Part shown: in pieces, positions 26,936 to 36,695 of the stretch | Layout of the letters: each line of letters opens with the position of its first letter | Numbering within the stretch: position 1 is the stretch's first letter | Origin: Frankiales bacterium | GTDB lineage: Bacteria; Actinomycetota; Actinomycetes; Mycobacteriales; SCTD01 | Assembly: GCA_025966005.1 (NCBI GenBank) | Contig: JAOPVV010000331.1 | Coordinates: 1 to 39,452 of the forward strand | Length of the DNA: 39,452 bases | Reading direction: 5' to 3' | Program-made: the position numbers and the translations under genes | The notes under the pieces: model-generated | What the model was told of the DNA's origin: nothing | Seen by the model: the letters and a program-made list of their open reading frames with translations, nothing else | Database searches by the model: none

Positions 26936-28826
26936 CTCGGCGCCAGGGCCAGCCGGTCCTACGGTCGAACATGCCGTCGGCCAGCGAGACCCCGTTTTCC
27001 GACGGAGGCAGGACGGACGCCCACGACGGGACGTCCGCCGCGCAGGACGCGTCAGTCAGGACGTGGACGCCGGTGCCCAGGCACCGGGCGCGGCGCAGAG
27101 ATTCCCCCAGTGCCGGCAGGAGCGCCTGCTCCACGACGACGTGGTCGACCAGGCGGGCCAGGTGGACGTCGTCGGGGCCGCCCTCCACGACCAGGGCGTC
27201 TCCGAGAACGGCGTGGGCCCGCGTACCGGGCCGACGCAGGAGCAGGACCACGGGCGCCGGACGCTCGAGCGTCCACCGGGCGGTGCGCGCGGCCGCAGCG
27301 ACGACATCGTGGAGCAGCGCAGGGTTCAGGTCGAGCCCGGCCAGCAGGGGCGCCTGCTCGGCCAGGGGGTCGTGCAGGGCAACGCGCTCGAGGCCGATGT
27401 CGGTCACGACGGGCTGGTAGAGCAGCCGCGCCTCGACCAGGGGGCGTGCACCAGCCGGGGCACTGACCACGAAGGCCGTTGCGGGTGCGAGTCGCTCGGC
27501 GGAGACGTCCCGAGGGTCGTTGACGCGGACCGCGCCGGGTCGCCGCGGGAGGTTGTGCACGGCCGCGGTGTTGGCGGCATCGACGACGAGCAGCGCGGGG
27601 GGGGCGCCCGGCGTCCGGGGCGTGCGTGCGACGAGGTCGTCCAGCGCGGTCCAGGCCAGCCGCGCCGACCGCTCCCAGGTGAACTGCCGAGCGCCCGCCC
27701 GGGCGGCGGACCGCAGGTGGGCGAGGTGGTTGTCGTCCTCGAGCAGCCGCCGCAGGGCAGCGGTGATGTCGGCGACGTCCTCGGGGTCGAAGAAGACGGC
27801 GTCGTCCTCCGACAGCTCGACGAGGCTGCTGCCCCGGGCCAGCACCGTCGGGCAGTCGCGGGCCATGGCCTCGAGTGGCGGCATGCCGAGCCCCTCCTGC
27901 GTCGAGGGGAAGACGAAGGCGAGGGCGCCGCCGTAGAGCTCGGCGAGCTGGTGCTCGCTCACCTCGCCGGTCAGGACCAGCTCGTCCGGCGTCACGCCGC
28001 CCTTTCGCGCGAGGCGCCGCAGCCGGCGGACGGTCCCGACGTTCAGGCGGCACGCGACCACGAGCGGCGTCCTGCGTCGCAGCGGCGGAGGCACGCCGCC
28101 CCACGCCTCGACGAGCCGGTCGAGGTTCTTGCGCGGGTGGTCCCCGCCGACGGCCAGCAGGTAGCGGTCGGGGACCGGTGCGGCGTCGACCGCGGTCGGT
28201 CGTTCCTCGAAGGAGGGGAAGGCTCCGCTCGGGTACGGCCCGCCCCAGACGGTGGCCGTCGGCGGGCAGGTGCCGTCCATGAGCTCGCGGGCTTGCTGGG
28301 CGCTGTAGTCGCTGATGGACAGCAGCAGGTCGCAGCGCCGCAGGTCCTCGAAGCGGCGCCAGTAGTCGTCGGCGCCGGGGCCGAGCAGGTACGTGCTGGG
28401 GTCGGCGGCCGGGATCAGGTCGAACAGCAGCGCGGCGGTGGGGGGACCGGCCGGGTTGCCGTCGACCGAGCTCACGTTCTCGACGTCGCCCTCGAAGACC
28501 GACCCGACGAGGACGGCGTCCGGGCGCAGGGAGCGGATCGCGGCGGTGCGGGCCGACTGCGCCGCCTCGCGGCGCTCCGGAGTGCGGCTCGGTCCGAAGG
28601 GCCAGGCGGCCTCGAAGACGTGGATGTCGCGCGCGGGCAGGAACCCCTCCAGGGCCGTCCTGGCCCGCAGCAGACGGTCCGGGTCGTCCCCGGCGTTGAG
28701 CAGGACGGCCAGCTGGTGGTCACCGGCCGTCTGCGCCAGCGCCCGGGACAGGCACAGCACGTACCGCCCGATGCCACGGCGCGAGCTGGACGACTGCACG
28801 CACTGCAGGTCGAGCAGGAGCTTCAC
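26928..28826 (-). CDS. GT4 glycosyltransferase, WbdA/MtfB-like N-terminal domain plus C-terminal extension
   Basis: MKLLLDLQCVQ...RGIGRY, FDLIP, GDHPRKN, FPSTQEGLGMPPLEAM, FTWERSA. Confidence 0.88.
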   Translation of the reverse strand: MKLLLDLQCVQSSSSRRGIGRYVLCLSRALAQTAGDHQLAVLLNAGDDPDRLLRARTALEGFLPARDIHVFEAAWPFGPSRTPERREAAQSARTAAIRSLRPDAVLVGSVFEGDVENVSSVDGNPAGPPTAALLFDLIPAADPSTYLLGPGADDYWRRFEDLRRCDLLLSISDYSAQQARELMDGTCPPTATVWGGPYPSGAFPSFEERPTAVDAAPVPDRYLLAVGGDHPRKNLDRLVEAWGGVPPPLRRRTPLVVACRLNVGTVRRLRRLARKGGVTPDELVLTGEVSEHQLAELYGGALAFVFPSTQEGLGMPPLEAMARDCPTVLARGSSLVELSEDDAVFFDPEDVADITAALRRLLEDDNHLAHLRSAARAGARQFTWERSARLAWTALDDLVARTPRTPGAPPALLVVDAANTAAVHNLPRRPGAVRVNDPRDVSAERLAPATAFVVSAPAGARPLVEARLLYQPVVTDIGLERVALHDPLAEQAPLLAGLDLNPALLHDVVAAAARTARWTLERPAPVVLLLRRPGTRAHAVLGDALVVEGGPDDVHLARLVDHVVVEQALLPALGESLRRARCLGTGVHVLTDASCAADVPSWASVLPPSENGVSLADGMFDRRTGWPWRRGG

Positions 28827-29095
28827 GCGGGCCCGTTCGGCAGGCCGAGCCGGGTCGCGACCGCAGCCAGCCGTCGCTCCTGCTGCCGAGTGCGAGGAGG
28901 GTCGAGCTCGGTGTCGAGGGCCGCGGCGCTGCCATCCTCACGGACCCCCGACTTCACGATGCCGACGGCGCGCCGCACCGCTGGACTGGCGTTCAGCGCC
29001 TGGTAGAACGCGCGGTACACGCGCGGGTAGGCGCGGATCTCCTGCTCGAACCGGGAGGCCACCCGCCACAGGGCGGTCTTCGCGCGACCGCTCAC
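28823..29095 (-). CDS. Hypothetical 90-aa basic amphipathic protein
   Basis: GTG 29095 overlaps the upstream TGA and its own TGA overlaps GTG 28826; it fills the gap between two GT4 genes exactly (MSGRAKTALWRVASRFEQEIRAYPRVYRAFYQ...). Confidence 0.72.
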   Translation of the reverse strand: MSGRAKTALWRVASRFEQEIRAYPRVYRAFYQALNASPAVRRAVGIVKSGVREDGSAAALDTELDPPRTRQQERRLAAVATRLGLPNGPA

Positions 29096-31887
29096 TGCCA
29101 CGACCAGCCGTCCTCTGGCGTCCACTGGGCCAGGGGCTCCTCCTCGTCGCCGAGGATGCGCATCAGCCGCGCGCCCACGTCGCGCCAGGTGCGCAGCCCG
29201 TCGCGCGAGGCCTGCGCCACCGGGGCACCGGTCAGGACCCGCTGCAGCACGTCCGCGAGCGGGTCCGCAGCGGAGAAGAAGGTGGCGTCGTCGCCCGCTA
29301 CCTCGCGCAGGACCGGGATGTCGTGCACCAGGACAGGACAGCCGCGCAGCGCTGCCTCCACCACGGGCAGACCGAAGCCCTCGCCCTCCGAGGCCACGAT
29401 CGCCGCGGTGCACGTGCGGTACAGCCGGTCGAGCTCGGCGTCGGAGGCGTTCTGCAGCCAGGTGAAGCGGGGCTGCGTCGCCTCGCACGCCTCCATCCGG
29501 CGGACGATGGATTCGACCATCCAGCCGCTGCGGCCGAGGACCGTCAGCTGTACCGGGACGCCGGCTGCCCAAAGTCGGTCGAAGGCGTCGAGGACGGCGC
29601 GGTGGCCCTTGCGCGGCTCCACCGTGCCGACCATGAGGAAGTGGGCGGGCTCGCGGTCGCCGACGACGACATCCGCGGCCTGGTCGAAGTCGCACCCCAG
29701 CGGGAGCCACGACACCGCGAAAGCGTCGGGGCGCCCCGGCGGCGCGGCCCGTACGTAGGTCGCTAGGGCCTGCGCCGTCGCGCGGCTGTTGACCAGGAGC
29801 ACGTCGGCGTGCGTGATGGCCTGCTGCAGCCAGGGGGTGAACGAGGAGGCGGCCGCCCCGGGAGGGAACCACTCCGGGTTCGTGTAGGGGATGAGGTCGA
29901 AGACGTTGACTGCGAGGCCGACGCCGCGGGCGCGGGCGGCCCGGAGCTGCTCGCCGCCGGTCGCCAGCTGGGAGTTGAGGTCGATGCACAACAGCCAGTC
30001 CGGGTCGGTCGTGCGCACCTCGGCGGCAGCGAGGACCTCGTCCGCCCGGATGTCGGGGTGGGCCGTCCCCTCCGTGGTCGTGCCGAGGGAGAAGGGCACG
30101 ACCGCCCCGCCGTCCTCACGCAGGAGATCGGTGAGAGCGTGGTGGAGCCGGGCGGCGGTGCGCTGGATGCCGGACAGGAAGGGGGTCGTGCGGTAGACGG
30201 TGACGTCGCTGGCCAGCAGCGGGCCGCGAAGACCGCGCGCAGCCCAACGCGGTCGCTGCTCCACGGGGGCGCCGTCGACGGTCGAACTCAGCCCGGCAGC
30301 GCCGGCGGCCCAGTGCCGTCCGACGTCGCTCGCGTAGGCCAGCTCGACGGCCTCGGCGACCGCTGCGGCGTCCTCGAGGTCGACGACGTGCACGGGCACG
30401 CTGCTCACGCCTCTGCGGAGCAGGGCTGTGCAGGTGTCGGCATCCGGGACGAGCACCCCGACCGCGGGCGCGAGCAGCGTGCCGACGTCGCACGAGATCG
30501 GGGGTGCCGCCCTGACGACGACGACGCCCGGCCGGTCGGCCAGCTCGTCGGCATCGGTGTGCGAGTCGCCGGCCGGAAGGACGTGGAGTACGCGGTCGAA
30601 GCGCGACCACGGCTCGTCCCAGTGGCCGGGCTCGACATCGGTGACGACGTACGACTCCGGCAGGGCGACGGCGCCGCCCACCCGCGCGACCCGGACGCCG
30701 ACCGGGGCGTGCACGGTCGGCTTCACCAAGCCCTCGAGCGCTGACCAGGTGAGAGCGGCCGTCCGCTCCCAGGTGAAGCGCCGCGCCGCGCGGTGCCCGG
30801 CCGCGACGAGCTCTGCCCGGACGGCGTCGTCGGTGAGCAGCTGCGTGAGGCAGTCGGTCAGCGCCGGGACGTCGGCGGGTGGCGCGTAGGCCCGCGGGTC
30901 GTCGAGCAGCTCGACCAGGCTGGTGGCCGCGGCCATCAGCACCGGGGTGCCGACCTGCATCGCCTCGAGCGGAGGCAGGCCGAGACCCTCCTCGAGCGAC
31001 GGGAACAGCAGGACGTCGGCGCGCTCGTAGGCCCAGGCGACCTCGCGGTCCCCCGCCTGCCCGGCGAACACGACGTCCTCGGCGGGCAGGCCCGCAGCCT
31101 GTGCCCGTTCCAGCAGTCGCAGCTTGTTCTCGTGGGGCCACTCGCCGACGATGACGAACGGCCGTCCCTGCCGGACTTGGGGGGACAGGCCGGCCCAGGC
31201 CAGGACGGCCGTGGCGACGTCCTTGCGGGGCTCGTCGCGCCCGACGGCCAGCGCGAAGCCGCCGGCGGGCGCCCAGGAGGGGCGGCTCACCGGTTGCGGC
31301 GGGGGCGCTGCTCCGTGGATCGTCGTGACGGGTGGGCAGCGCTCCACCAGGCGGCGGGCCTCGGCTGCGGAGTGGTCGCTGATGGACAGCAGCAGGTCGG
31401 TCCGGGCCAGCTGCTCGAGCGCTCGCAGGTACTCCTGTCGGGACAGCGGGTCGGCCTTGTGCCGGTCGAGGTCGCCGAGCGGGATCAGGTCGTAGAGCAC
31501 GGCCGCGGTGGGCACGTCGGAGCAGTGCTCGTTGACCGTCACAGGGGCGAGAGCCGGCAGCTCGAACACGCTGGACAGCAGCACCACGTCCGGCGCCAGC
31601 GCGGCGACCGCGGCCTCCCGGACGAGCTCGGCGTCCGGTCGACCCGCGCGCCGCCGGTCGACAGCGGGGGCCTCGAAGAGCACGACGTCGTTACGACCGA
31701 GGGTGCCCGCCAGCGCGTGCCGGATCTCCAGCACGCCCTCCGCAGATCGGGCGCCGTCGAGCAGGACGAGCAGCTCGTGGTCGCGGCGGCTGTCGGCCAG
31801 GGCGCGCACCAGCGACCGGGCGTAGTAGCCGATCCCGCGCTCGGCCGAGGGTCCCTGCAGTACCTGGAGGTCGACCAGCAGCCTCAT
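29092..31887 (-). CDS. Multi-domain GT4 glycosyltransferase (two catalytic modules, WbdA-like polymerase)
   Basis: MRLLVDLQVLQ...RGIGYY; first EX7E SLEEGLGLPPLEAM; second module SGIQR...VGTVEPRKGH...SEGEGFGLPVVEAA. Confidence 0.88.
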   Translation of the reverse strand: MRLLVDLQVLQGPSAERGIGYYARSLVRALADSRRDHELLVLLDGARSAEGVLEIRHALAGTLGRNDVVLFEAPAVDRRRAGRPDAELVREAAVAALAPDVVLLSSVFELPALAPVTVNEHCSDVPTAAVLYDLIPLGDLDRHKADPLSRQEYLRALEQLARTDLLLSISDHSAAEARRLVERCPPVTTIHGAAPPPQPVSRPSWAPAGGFALAVGRDEPRKDVATAVLAWAGLSPQVRQGRPFVIVGEWPHENKLRLLERAQAAGLPAEDVVFAGQAGDREVAWAYERADVLLFPSLEEGLGLPPLEAMQVGTPVLMAAATSLVELLDDPRAYAPPADVPALTDCLTQLLTDDAVRAELVAAGHRAARRFTWERTAALTWSALEGLVKPTVHAPVGVRVARVGGAVALPESYVVTDVEPGHWDEPWSRFDRVLHVLPAGDSHTDADELADRPGVVVVRAAPPISCDVGTLLAPAVGVLVPDADTCTALLRRGVSSVPVHVVDLEDAAAVAEAVELAYASDVGRHWAAGAAGLSSTVDGAPVEQRPRWAARGLRGPLLASDVTVYRTTPFLSGIQRTAARLHHALTDLLREDGGAVVPFSLGTTTEGTAHPDIRADEVLAAAEVRTTDPDWLLCIDLNSQLATGGEQLRAARARGVGLAVNVFDLIPYTNPEWFPPGAAASSFTPWLQQAITHADVLLVNSRATAQALATYVRAAPPGRPDAFAVSWLPLGCDFDQAADVVVGDREPAHFLMVGTVEPRKGHRAVLDAFDRLWAAGVPVQLTVLGRSGWMVESIVRRMEACEATQPRFTWLQNASDAELDRLYRTCTAAIVASEGEGFGLPVVEAALRGCPVLVHDIPVLREVAGDDATFFSAADPLADVLQRVLTGAPVAQASRDGLRTWRDVGARLMRILGDEEEPLAQWTPEDGWSWQ

Positions 31888-32993
31888 CGGCGACGCTCCA
31901 CCGCAGCAGCGAGCTTGGCCTGCAGGGCCCGTCGCCGCCGCAGGTCCGCCGGGGTGTCGACGTGCGCCGGGGGGGGCGGCGGAGGGCTCGGCTGGTTCAG
32001 CGCGCGTCGGGCGAGTGCGGTGTCGGCCGTGCTCCGCGCTCGGCGCAGGGGCTTGGTGAGGCGCCAGGACTTGCTCTCGAGCATCACCCGCTCGCGTGCG
32101 ACGGCCGCGTCCCGCTGAGACTTGACGAGCTCGACCTGGCGCTCCAGCGCCTCGACCTCACGGCCCAGTGCCTGCACTGCTCGGTTGGCGGTCTCGACAT
32201 CGCGACGCAGCACCTCTGCCTCGCGTCGGACTGCGGTCAGCTCCTCGGCCTGGGCCTGTGCTGCTGCCAAGCGCTCCTCCAGGACCCGAGCGTGCCGACC
32301 CGCGTCGACGACGTCGCGCCGCTGCCAGCCGTCGAGCATCACGTCCAGGACCCCGAACGGCTCGGCGACCGCGGCGGCGAGGTCGAGGTGCTCCGGGGAC
32401 ACGTACCAGCGGTTCAGTCCGTCGAAGGTCACGAAGCCGTACCCGGCGTCGAGCAGCAGCGGCTCCCAGCCGTCGTACGACGTCGTGCGCGAGCCGGGCA
32501 GGGTGGCTTCGACGCAGACCAGCCACGGCTTCCACCGGGTGAGGTCGAGACCGCGCAGCGCCTGCTCCTCGTGGCCCTCGACGTCGACGCTGAGGAAGTG
32601 CACCGCGGGCGGGTCGAGGTCGTCGAGCACGTCGGTGAGTCGAACGGCCGGTACGGAGATCGTCCGCTCGACGCCCTCGGACTCCTCGACGGAGCCGCGG
32701 CCCCGCGTGCCCACGTCGTTCCATGTCAGTACGCCCGGACTCGAGTGCGCCGCGGCAGCGATGACGACGTCACGCGGCCGGGCCTGACGCAGCCGCTCGG
32801 CGGCCTCCGGCTCCGGTTCGAGCAGCAGCCCGTGCCACCCTTCGGCGCTGAGAGCGGCGGTCAGGGAGTCGTCGAGCGGGTCCGAGGCCCCGACCTCCAC
32901 GTAGAACGGCTCGTCCACCCCGCGCAGCGCCCGCCAGGCGCGCACGTCCTCGCCGTTCTGCGCGTACGAGACCCGGCGCGGCGGCATCGTCAT
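31884..32993 (-). CDS. FkbM-family methyltransferase with coiled coil and C-terminal amphipathic helix (WbdD-like architecture)
   Basis: SYAQNGED, YVEVGASDP, FLSVDVEGHE, FDGLNRWY; heptad-like tract ARVLEERL...LVKSQRD; SKSWRLTKPLR. ATG 32993 overlaps the wzt stop. Confidence 0.87.
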   Translation of the reverse strand: MTMPPRRVSYAQNGEDVRAWRALRGVDEPFYVEVGASDPLDDSLTAALSAEGWHGLLLEPEPEAAERLRQARPRDVVIAAAAHSSPGVLTWNDVGTRGRGSVEESEGVERTISVPAVRLTDVLDDLDPPAVHFLSVDVEGHEEQALRGLDLTRWKPWLVCVEATLPGSRTTSYDGWEPLLLDAGYGFVTFDGLNRWYVSPEHLDLAAAVAEPFGVLDVMLDGWQRRDVVDAGRHARVLEERLAAAQAQAEELTAVRREAEVLRRDVETANRAVQALGREVEALERQVELVKSQRDAAVARERVMLESKSWRLTKPLRRARSTADTALARRALNQPSPPPPPPAHVDTPADLRRRRALQAKLAAAVERRR

Positions 32994-33742
32994 GCCGAGG
33001 CTCCGGGGGCGTGGACGCGGGCGGAGGCGTGGTAGGCCGCGGCGGCGCCGTCGATCGGCCCGTCGTAGACCGGGGCGCCGTGGTCGAGCACCAGGGCCCG
33101 CGTGCAGAAGCTCTCCGCCTGCGCCAGCGCGTGCGTGACCAGCACGATCGTGCGGCCCTCGTCCTGCAGCAGCCGCATCCGCTCGAGACACTTGGCCTGG
33201 AAGCTCTCGTCGCCGACCGCCAGCACCTCGTCGACGAGCAGGATCTCCGGTTCGACGTTGACGGCGATGGCGAAGCCGAGCCGGACCGACATCCCGGAGG
33301 AGTAGAACTTCACGGGGGTGTCGAGGAAGTCGGCGACCTCGGCGAACTCGACGATCCGTTCGAGCCGGCGGGTGACCTCGTCGCGCTTGATGCCGAGGAT
33401 CGCGCCGTTCATGAAGACGTTCTCGCGGCCGGTGAGGTCGGGGTGGAAGCCGGCGCCGAGCTCGAGCAGCGGCGCGATCCGGCCGCGGGCGAAGACCCGG
33501 CCGAACGACGGGGCGATCGTCCCGGCGAGCATCTTCAGCGTCGTCGACTTGCCCGAGCCGTTGTGGCCGAGCAGCGCGACGGACTCGCCGACGGCGATGT
33601 CGAGCGTCAGGTCGCGCACGGCGTCGAGCACGACCACAGGGCTGCGGTGCCCGGCGACGCCGAGCAGGCGGTCCTTGAGGCTCTTGGTCTGCGAGATGCG
33701 GAAGCTCTTGCTGACGTGCTCGAACCGGACGGCGACGGCCAC
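32990..33742 (-). CDS. wzt: Polysaccharide ABC exporter ATP-binding subunit (250 aa, no C-terminal CBM)
   Basis: GHNGSGKST, LELGAGFHPDLTGREN, YSSGM, LVDEVLAVGD, VTH; GTG 33742. Confidence 0.92.
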   Translation of the reverse strand: MAVAVRFEHVSKSFRISQTKSLKDRLLGVAGHRSPVVVLDAVRDLTLDIAVGESVALLGHNGSGKSTTLKMLAGTIAPSFGRVFARGRIAPLLELGAGFHPDLTGRENVFMNGAILGIKRDEVTRRLERIVEFAEVADFLDTPVKFYSSGMSVRLGFAIAVNVEPEILLVDEVLAVGDESFQAKCLERMRLLQDEGRTIVLVTHALAQAESFCTRALVLDHGAPVYDGPIDGAAAAYHASARVHAPGASA

Positions 33743-34677
33743 TACAGCTCCTGCCCGAAGTTGCCGGACAGCCGCACGAAGACCCGCATGCCCAGCCACA
33801 GCAGACCGCCGGCGAGGACAGTGAACACCGCCAGGCGCAGGTCGAGCTGGCCGGGGAACGCGAACGCCTCGGCGGCCTCTGTGTCGACCGCCGGCCAGAG
33901 CGCCTCGTGGAAGCCGAAGACCACGTTGGCCATGGGGTTGAGCATGTAGACCCGGGTGGCGAGCTCGCCGGCGACGCCGAACTCCTGGGCCCCGCGCACG
34001 ACCTGGCCATAGGAGTACAGGATCGGGGTGAGCCAGAAGCCGACCTGCAGGCCGATGTCGACCAGGAACCCGACGTCGCGCACGTAGACGTTGACCGCGG
34101 CGAAGAACAGACCGACGGCGAGCGCGAACAGCACCAGCAGCAGCAGTGCCGGCGGCAGCCACAGCAGCGAAGAGGCGCTCGGGACGTCCTGGAAGATCGC
34201 GTAGGCGACGGCGAGCACCGAGGCCTGCAGCGCGAAGTCGACCAGGGCCGATGCCAGCACGGACAGCGGCAGCAGCAGCCGGGGGAAGCTCGCCCGCGAC
34301 AACAGCGCCCCGTTGGCGACGACCGAGTTGATCGCACCCATGACGATCGTGGAGAACAGCCCCCACGCCAGCAGGCCGCAGTAGATGAAGATCATGAACT
34401 GCGGGGTGGCCCGGCCGGCGCCGAGGAAGACGCCGACGGCCAGACCGTAGATGAGCAGCATGACCAGCGGGCGGACCAGCGCCCACGCCCAGCCCAGGTT
34501 CGAGCCCTTGTAGCGCGACCGCAGCTCGCGGGCGGTGAAGGCCCGCAGCAGCTCGCGGGAGGCCCAGACATCGCGCAGGTCGGACGCGGTCCCGCGCCAG
34601 AACGTCGCCGGGGCGTTGACCAGCCGCAGACCGGCGTCGCCCTCGGCCGTCACGCTCTCAGCCTGCACGGTGAGCAC
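33742..34677 (-). CDS. wzm: Polysaccharide ABC exporter permease
   Basis: RELRSRYKGSNLGWAW, FPRLLLP, YVRDV, FWLTPILY, LNPM. Confidence 0.92.
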   Translation of the reverse strand: MLTVQAESVTAEGDAGLRLVNAPATFWRGTASDLRDVWASRELLRAFTARELRSRYKGSNLGWAWALVRPLVMLLIYGLAVGVFLGAGRATPQFMIFIYCGLLAWGLFSTIVMGAINSVVANGALLSRASFPRLLLPLSVLASALVDFALQASVLAVAYAIFQDVPSASSLLWLPPALLLLVLFALAVGLFFAAVNVYVRDVGFLVDIGLQVGFWLTPILYSYGQVVRGAQEFGVAGELATRVYMLNPMANVVFGFHEALWPAVDTEAAEAFAFPGQLDLRLAVFTVLAGGLLWLGMRVFVRLSGNFGQEL

Positions 34678-34701
34678 GCCTCATCGTACGAGCGCCCGCG
34701 C

Positions 34702-35667
34702 TCACCGACTGGCCGTCAGGTCGGCGTCGACCATGCGGCCCACGAGCTCCTCGAAGCCGACGGTCGGCACCCATCCCAGCTGGCTGCGGGCGCGCGAGCC
34801 GCAGGCGACCAGCTCGACGGCGTCGACCGGCCGCAGGAACGCCGGGTCGGTCCGCACCAGCGGCTCCCAGTCGGCGATGCCCGCGCGGGCAAAGGCGGCC
34901 GCCACGAAGTCGCGGACGGTGTGCGACTCGCCCGTCCCGATCACGTAGTCGTCCGAGCGGCGGTGCCGGGCGGCGCGCACGAGGGCGTCGGCGTACTCGG
35001 GCGCGTAGCCCCAGTCGCGGCGTGCGTCGAGGTTGCCCAGGACCAGCTCGCTGGCCCGACCCTCCGCGATGGCCGCCGCGGTCGATGTGATCTTGCGTGT
35101 GACGAACGTCGGCGGCCGGCGGGGCGACTCGTGGTTGTAGAGGACCGCGTTCGACGCGTGCAGCCCACGGGCGCGGAACACCTGCACCAGGTGGTGAGCG
35201 AAGGCCTTGCTGGCGCCGTAGGGGGATCGGGGGGTCAGCGGCGTCGACTCGTCCTGGGGCGCCGACGTCGCCCCGGCGAAGATCTCGGCGCTGGAGGCCT
35301 GGACCAGCGCGATCTGCTCGCCGCGGCGCTCCTGCTCCTGCCAGACCAGCTGGAGCAGGCGGGCCACGAAGGTGCCGTTGACCTCGGCCGTCAGGGCCGG
35401 CTGGTCCCAGGACAGCGCTACCGAGGACACCCCGGCGAGGTTGTAGACCTCGGACGGCGCGCTGGCACGCAGGACGGCGCGCAGCTGGTCGTCGTCGGTC
35501 AGCTCGGCCTCGTGCGGCACGACGGCGTCGCCCAGGGCGAGCAGGTGGTCCGGCAGCGGCTCGCCGGGACGGACCAGGCCGTGCACCTGCAGGCCCTCGG
35601 CCACGAGCTGTTCGGTGAGGTAGCCCCCGTCCTGACCGGTGATGCCGGTGACGAGCGCGGAGCGCAC
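34702..35667 (-). CDS. GDP-mannose 4,6-dehydratase paralog (possibly a GDP-4-keto-6-deoxymannose reductase)
   Basis: VTGITGQDG, QASSAEIF, SPYGASK, NHESPRR, RDWGYA; more divergent than the upstream copy. Confidence 0.8.
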   Translation of the reverse strand: MRSALVTGITGQDGGYLTEQLVAEGLQVHGLVRPGEPLPDHLLALGDAVVPHEAELTDDDQLRAVLRASAPSEVYNLAGVSSVALSWDQPALTAEVNGTFVARLLQLVWQEQERRGEQIALVQASSAEIFAGATSAPQDESTPLTPRSPYGASKAFAHHLVQVFRARGLHASNAVLYNHESPRRPPTFVTRKITSTAAAIAEGRASELVLGNLDARRDWGYAPEYADALVRAARHRRSDDYVIGTGESHTVRDFVAAAFARAGIADWEPLVRTDPAFLRPVDAVELVACGSRARSQLGWVPTVGFEELVGRMVDADLTASR

Positions 35668-35669
35668 GG

Positions 35670-36659
35670 TCAGGACCCGAGGAGCAGCTTCTGCTCCTGC
35701 AGGTCGCTCTCGACCATCATCGTGACGAGCGCCTCGAAGCCGACCTCCGGCGCCCAGCCGAGCTGCTCGCGGGCCTTGGTCGGGTCGCCGACGAGCAGGT
35801 CGACCTCGGCCGGACGGAAGAAGCGCGGGTCCTGGAAGACGTACCGGTCCCAGTCCGCGATGCCGACGTGCCGGAACGCGACGTCGAGCAGCTCGCGGAT
35901 CGAGTGCGTCTCACCGGTGGCCACGACGTAGTCGTCGGCCTCGTCCTGCTGGAGCATGAGCCACATCGCCTTGACGTAGTCGCCGGCGAAGCCCCAGTCG
36001 CGCTTGGCCTCGAGATTGCCCAGCGACACCGACTCCTGCAGGCCCAGCGAGATGCGGGCGACGGCCTGCGTGACCTTGCGGGTGACGAACTCCGGCCCGC
36101 GCCGGGGCGACTCGTGGTTGAACAGGATGCCGCTCGAGGCGTGCATGCCGTAGGACTCGCGGTAGTTGATCGTCATGTAGTGGCCGAAGACCTTGGCCAC
36201 GCCGTACGGCGAGCGGGGCCAGAGCAGGGTGTCCTCCCGCTGCGGGACCTGCTGCACCTTGCCGAACATCTCGCTGCTGCTCGCCTGGTAGAAGCGGACC
36301 CGGCTCAGGTCGTCGGCGGCGTGCAGGCGCAGCGCCTCGAGCATGTTGAGCACGCCCTTGCCGGTGACGTCGCTCGTCAGGTGGGCGTTCTCCCAGGAGT
36401 AGGCGACGAACGAGATCGCGCCGAGGTTGTAGACCTCGTCCGGCTGGGCGCTGGCGAACGCGCGCATCAGGCTCGACAGGTCGAGCAGGTCGCCGGTGAG
36501 GATCTTGACGTCGGGCAGCGTCTCCTGCAGCAGCGGCAGCTTCGGGTTGTTCTGGCCGCGGACCAGGCCGTAGACGTCGTAGCCCTTCTCCAGCAGCAAC
36601 TCCGACAGGTAGAGCCCGTCCTGCCCGGTCACGCCCGTGATCAGGGCCCTCTTCGTCAC
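35670..36659 (-). CDS. gmd: GDP-mannose 4,6-dehydratase
   Basis: ITGVTGQDG, QASSSEMFG, PRSPYGVAK, GILFNHESPRRG.EFVTRK, RDWGFAGDY, RPAEVDLL. Confidence 0.93.
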   Translation of the reverse strand: MTKRALITGVTGQDGLYLSELLLEKGYDVYGLVRGQNNPKLPLLQETLPDVKILTGDLLDLSSLMRAFASAQPDEVYNLGAISFVAYSWENAHLTSDVTGKGVLNMLEALRLHAADDLSRVRFYQASSSEMFGKVQQVPQREDTLLWPRSPYGVAKVFGHYMTINYRESYGMHASSGILFNHESPRRGPEFVTRKVTQAVARISLGLQESVSLGNLEAKRDWGFAGDYVKAMWLMLQQDEADDYVVATGETHSIRELLDVAFRHVGIADWDRYVFQDPRFFRPAEVDLLVGDPTKAREQLGWAPEVGFEALVTMMVESDLQEQKLLLGS

Positions 36660-36695
36660 GCGTGCCTCGTCCTTCGTCCGGTGGTGGTCAGGAGG

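Noticed and set aside
32994-34486. Long N-terminal extensions on the FkbM (817 aa) and Wzt (498 aa) ORFs
   Set aside because: They overlap wzt and wzm out of frame; coupled starts exist at 32993 and 33742.
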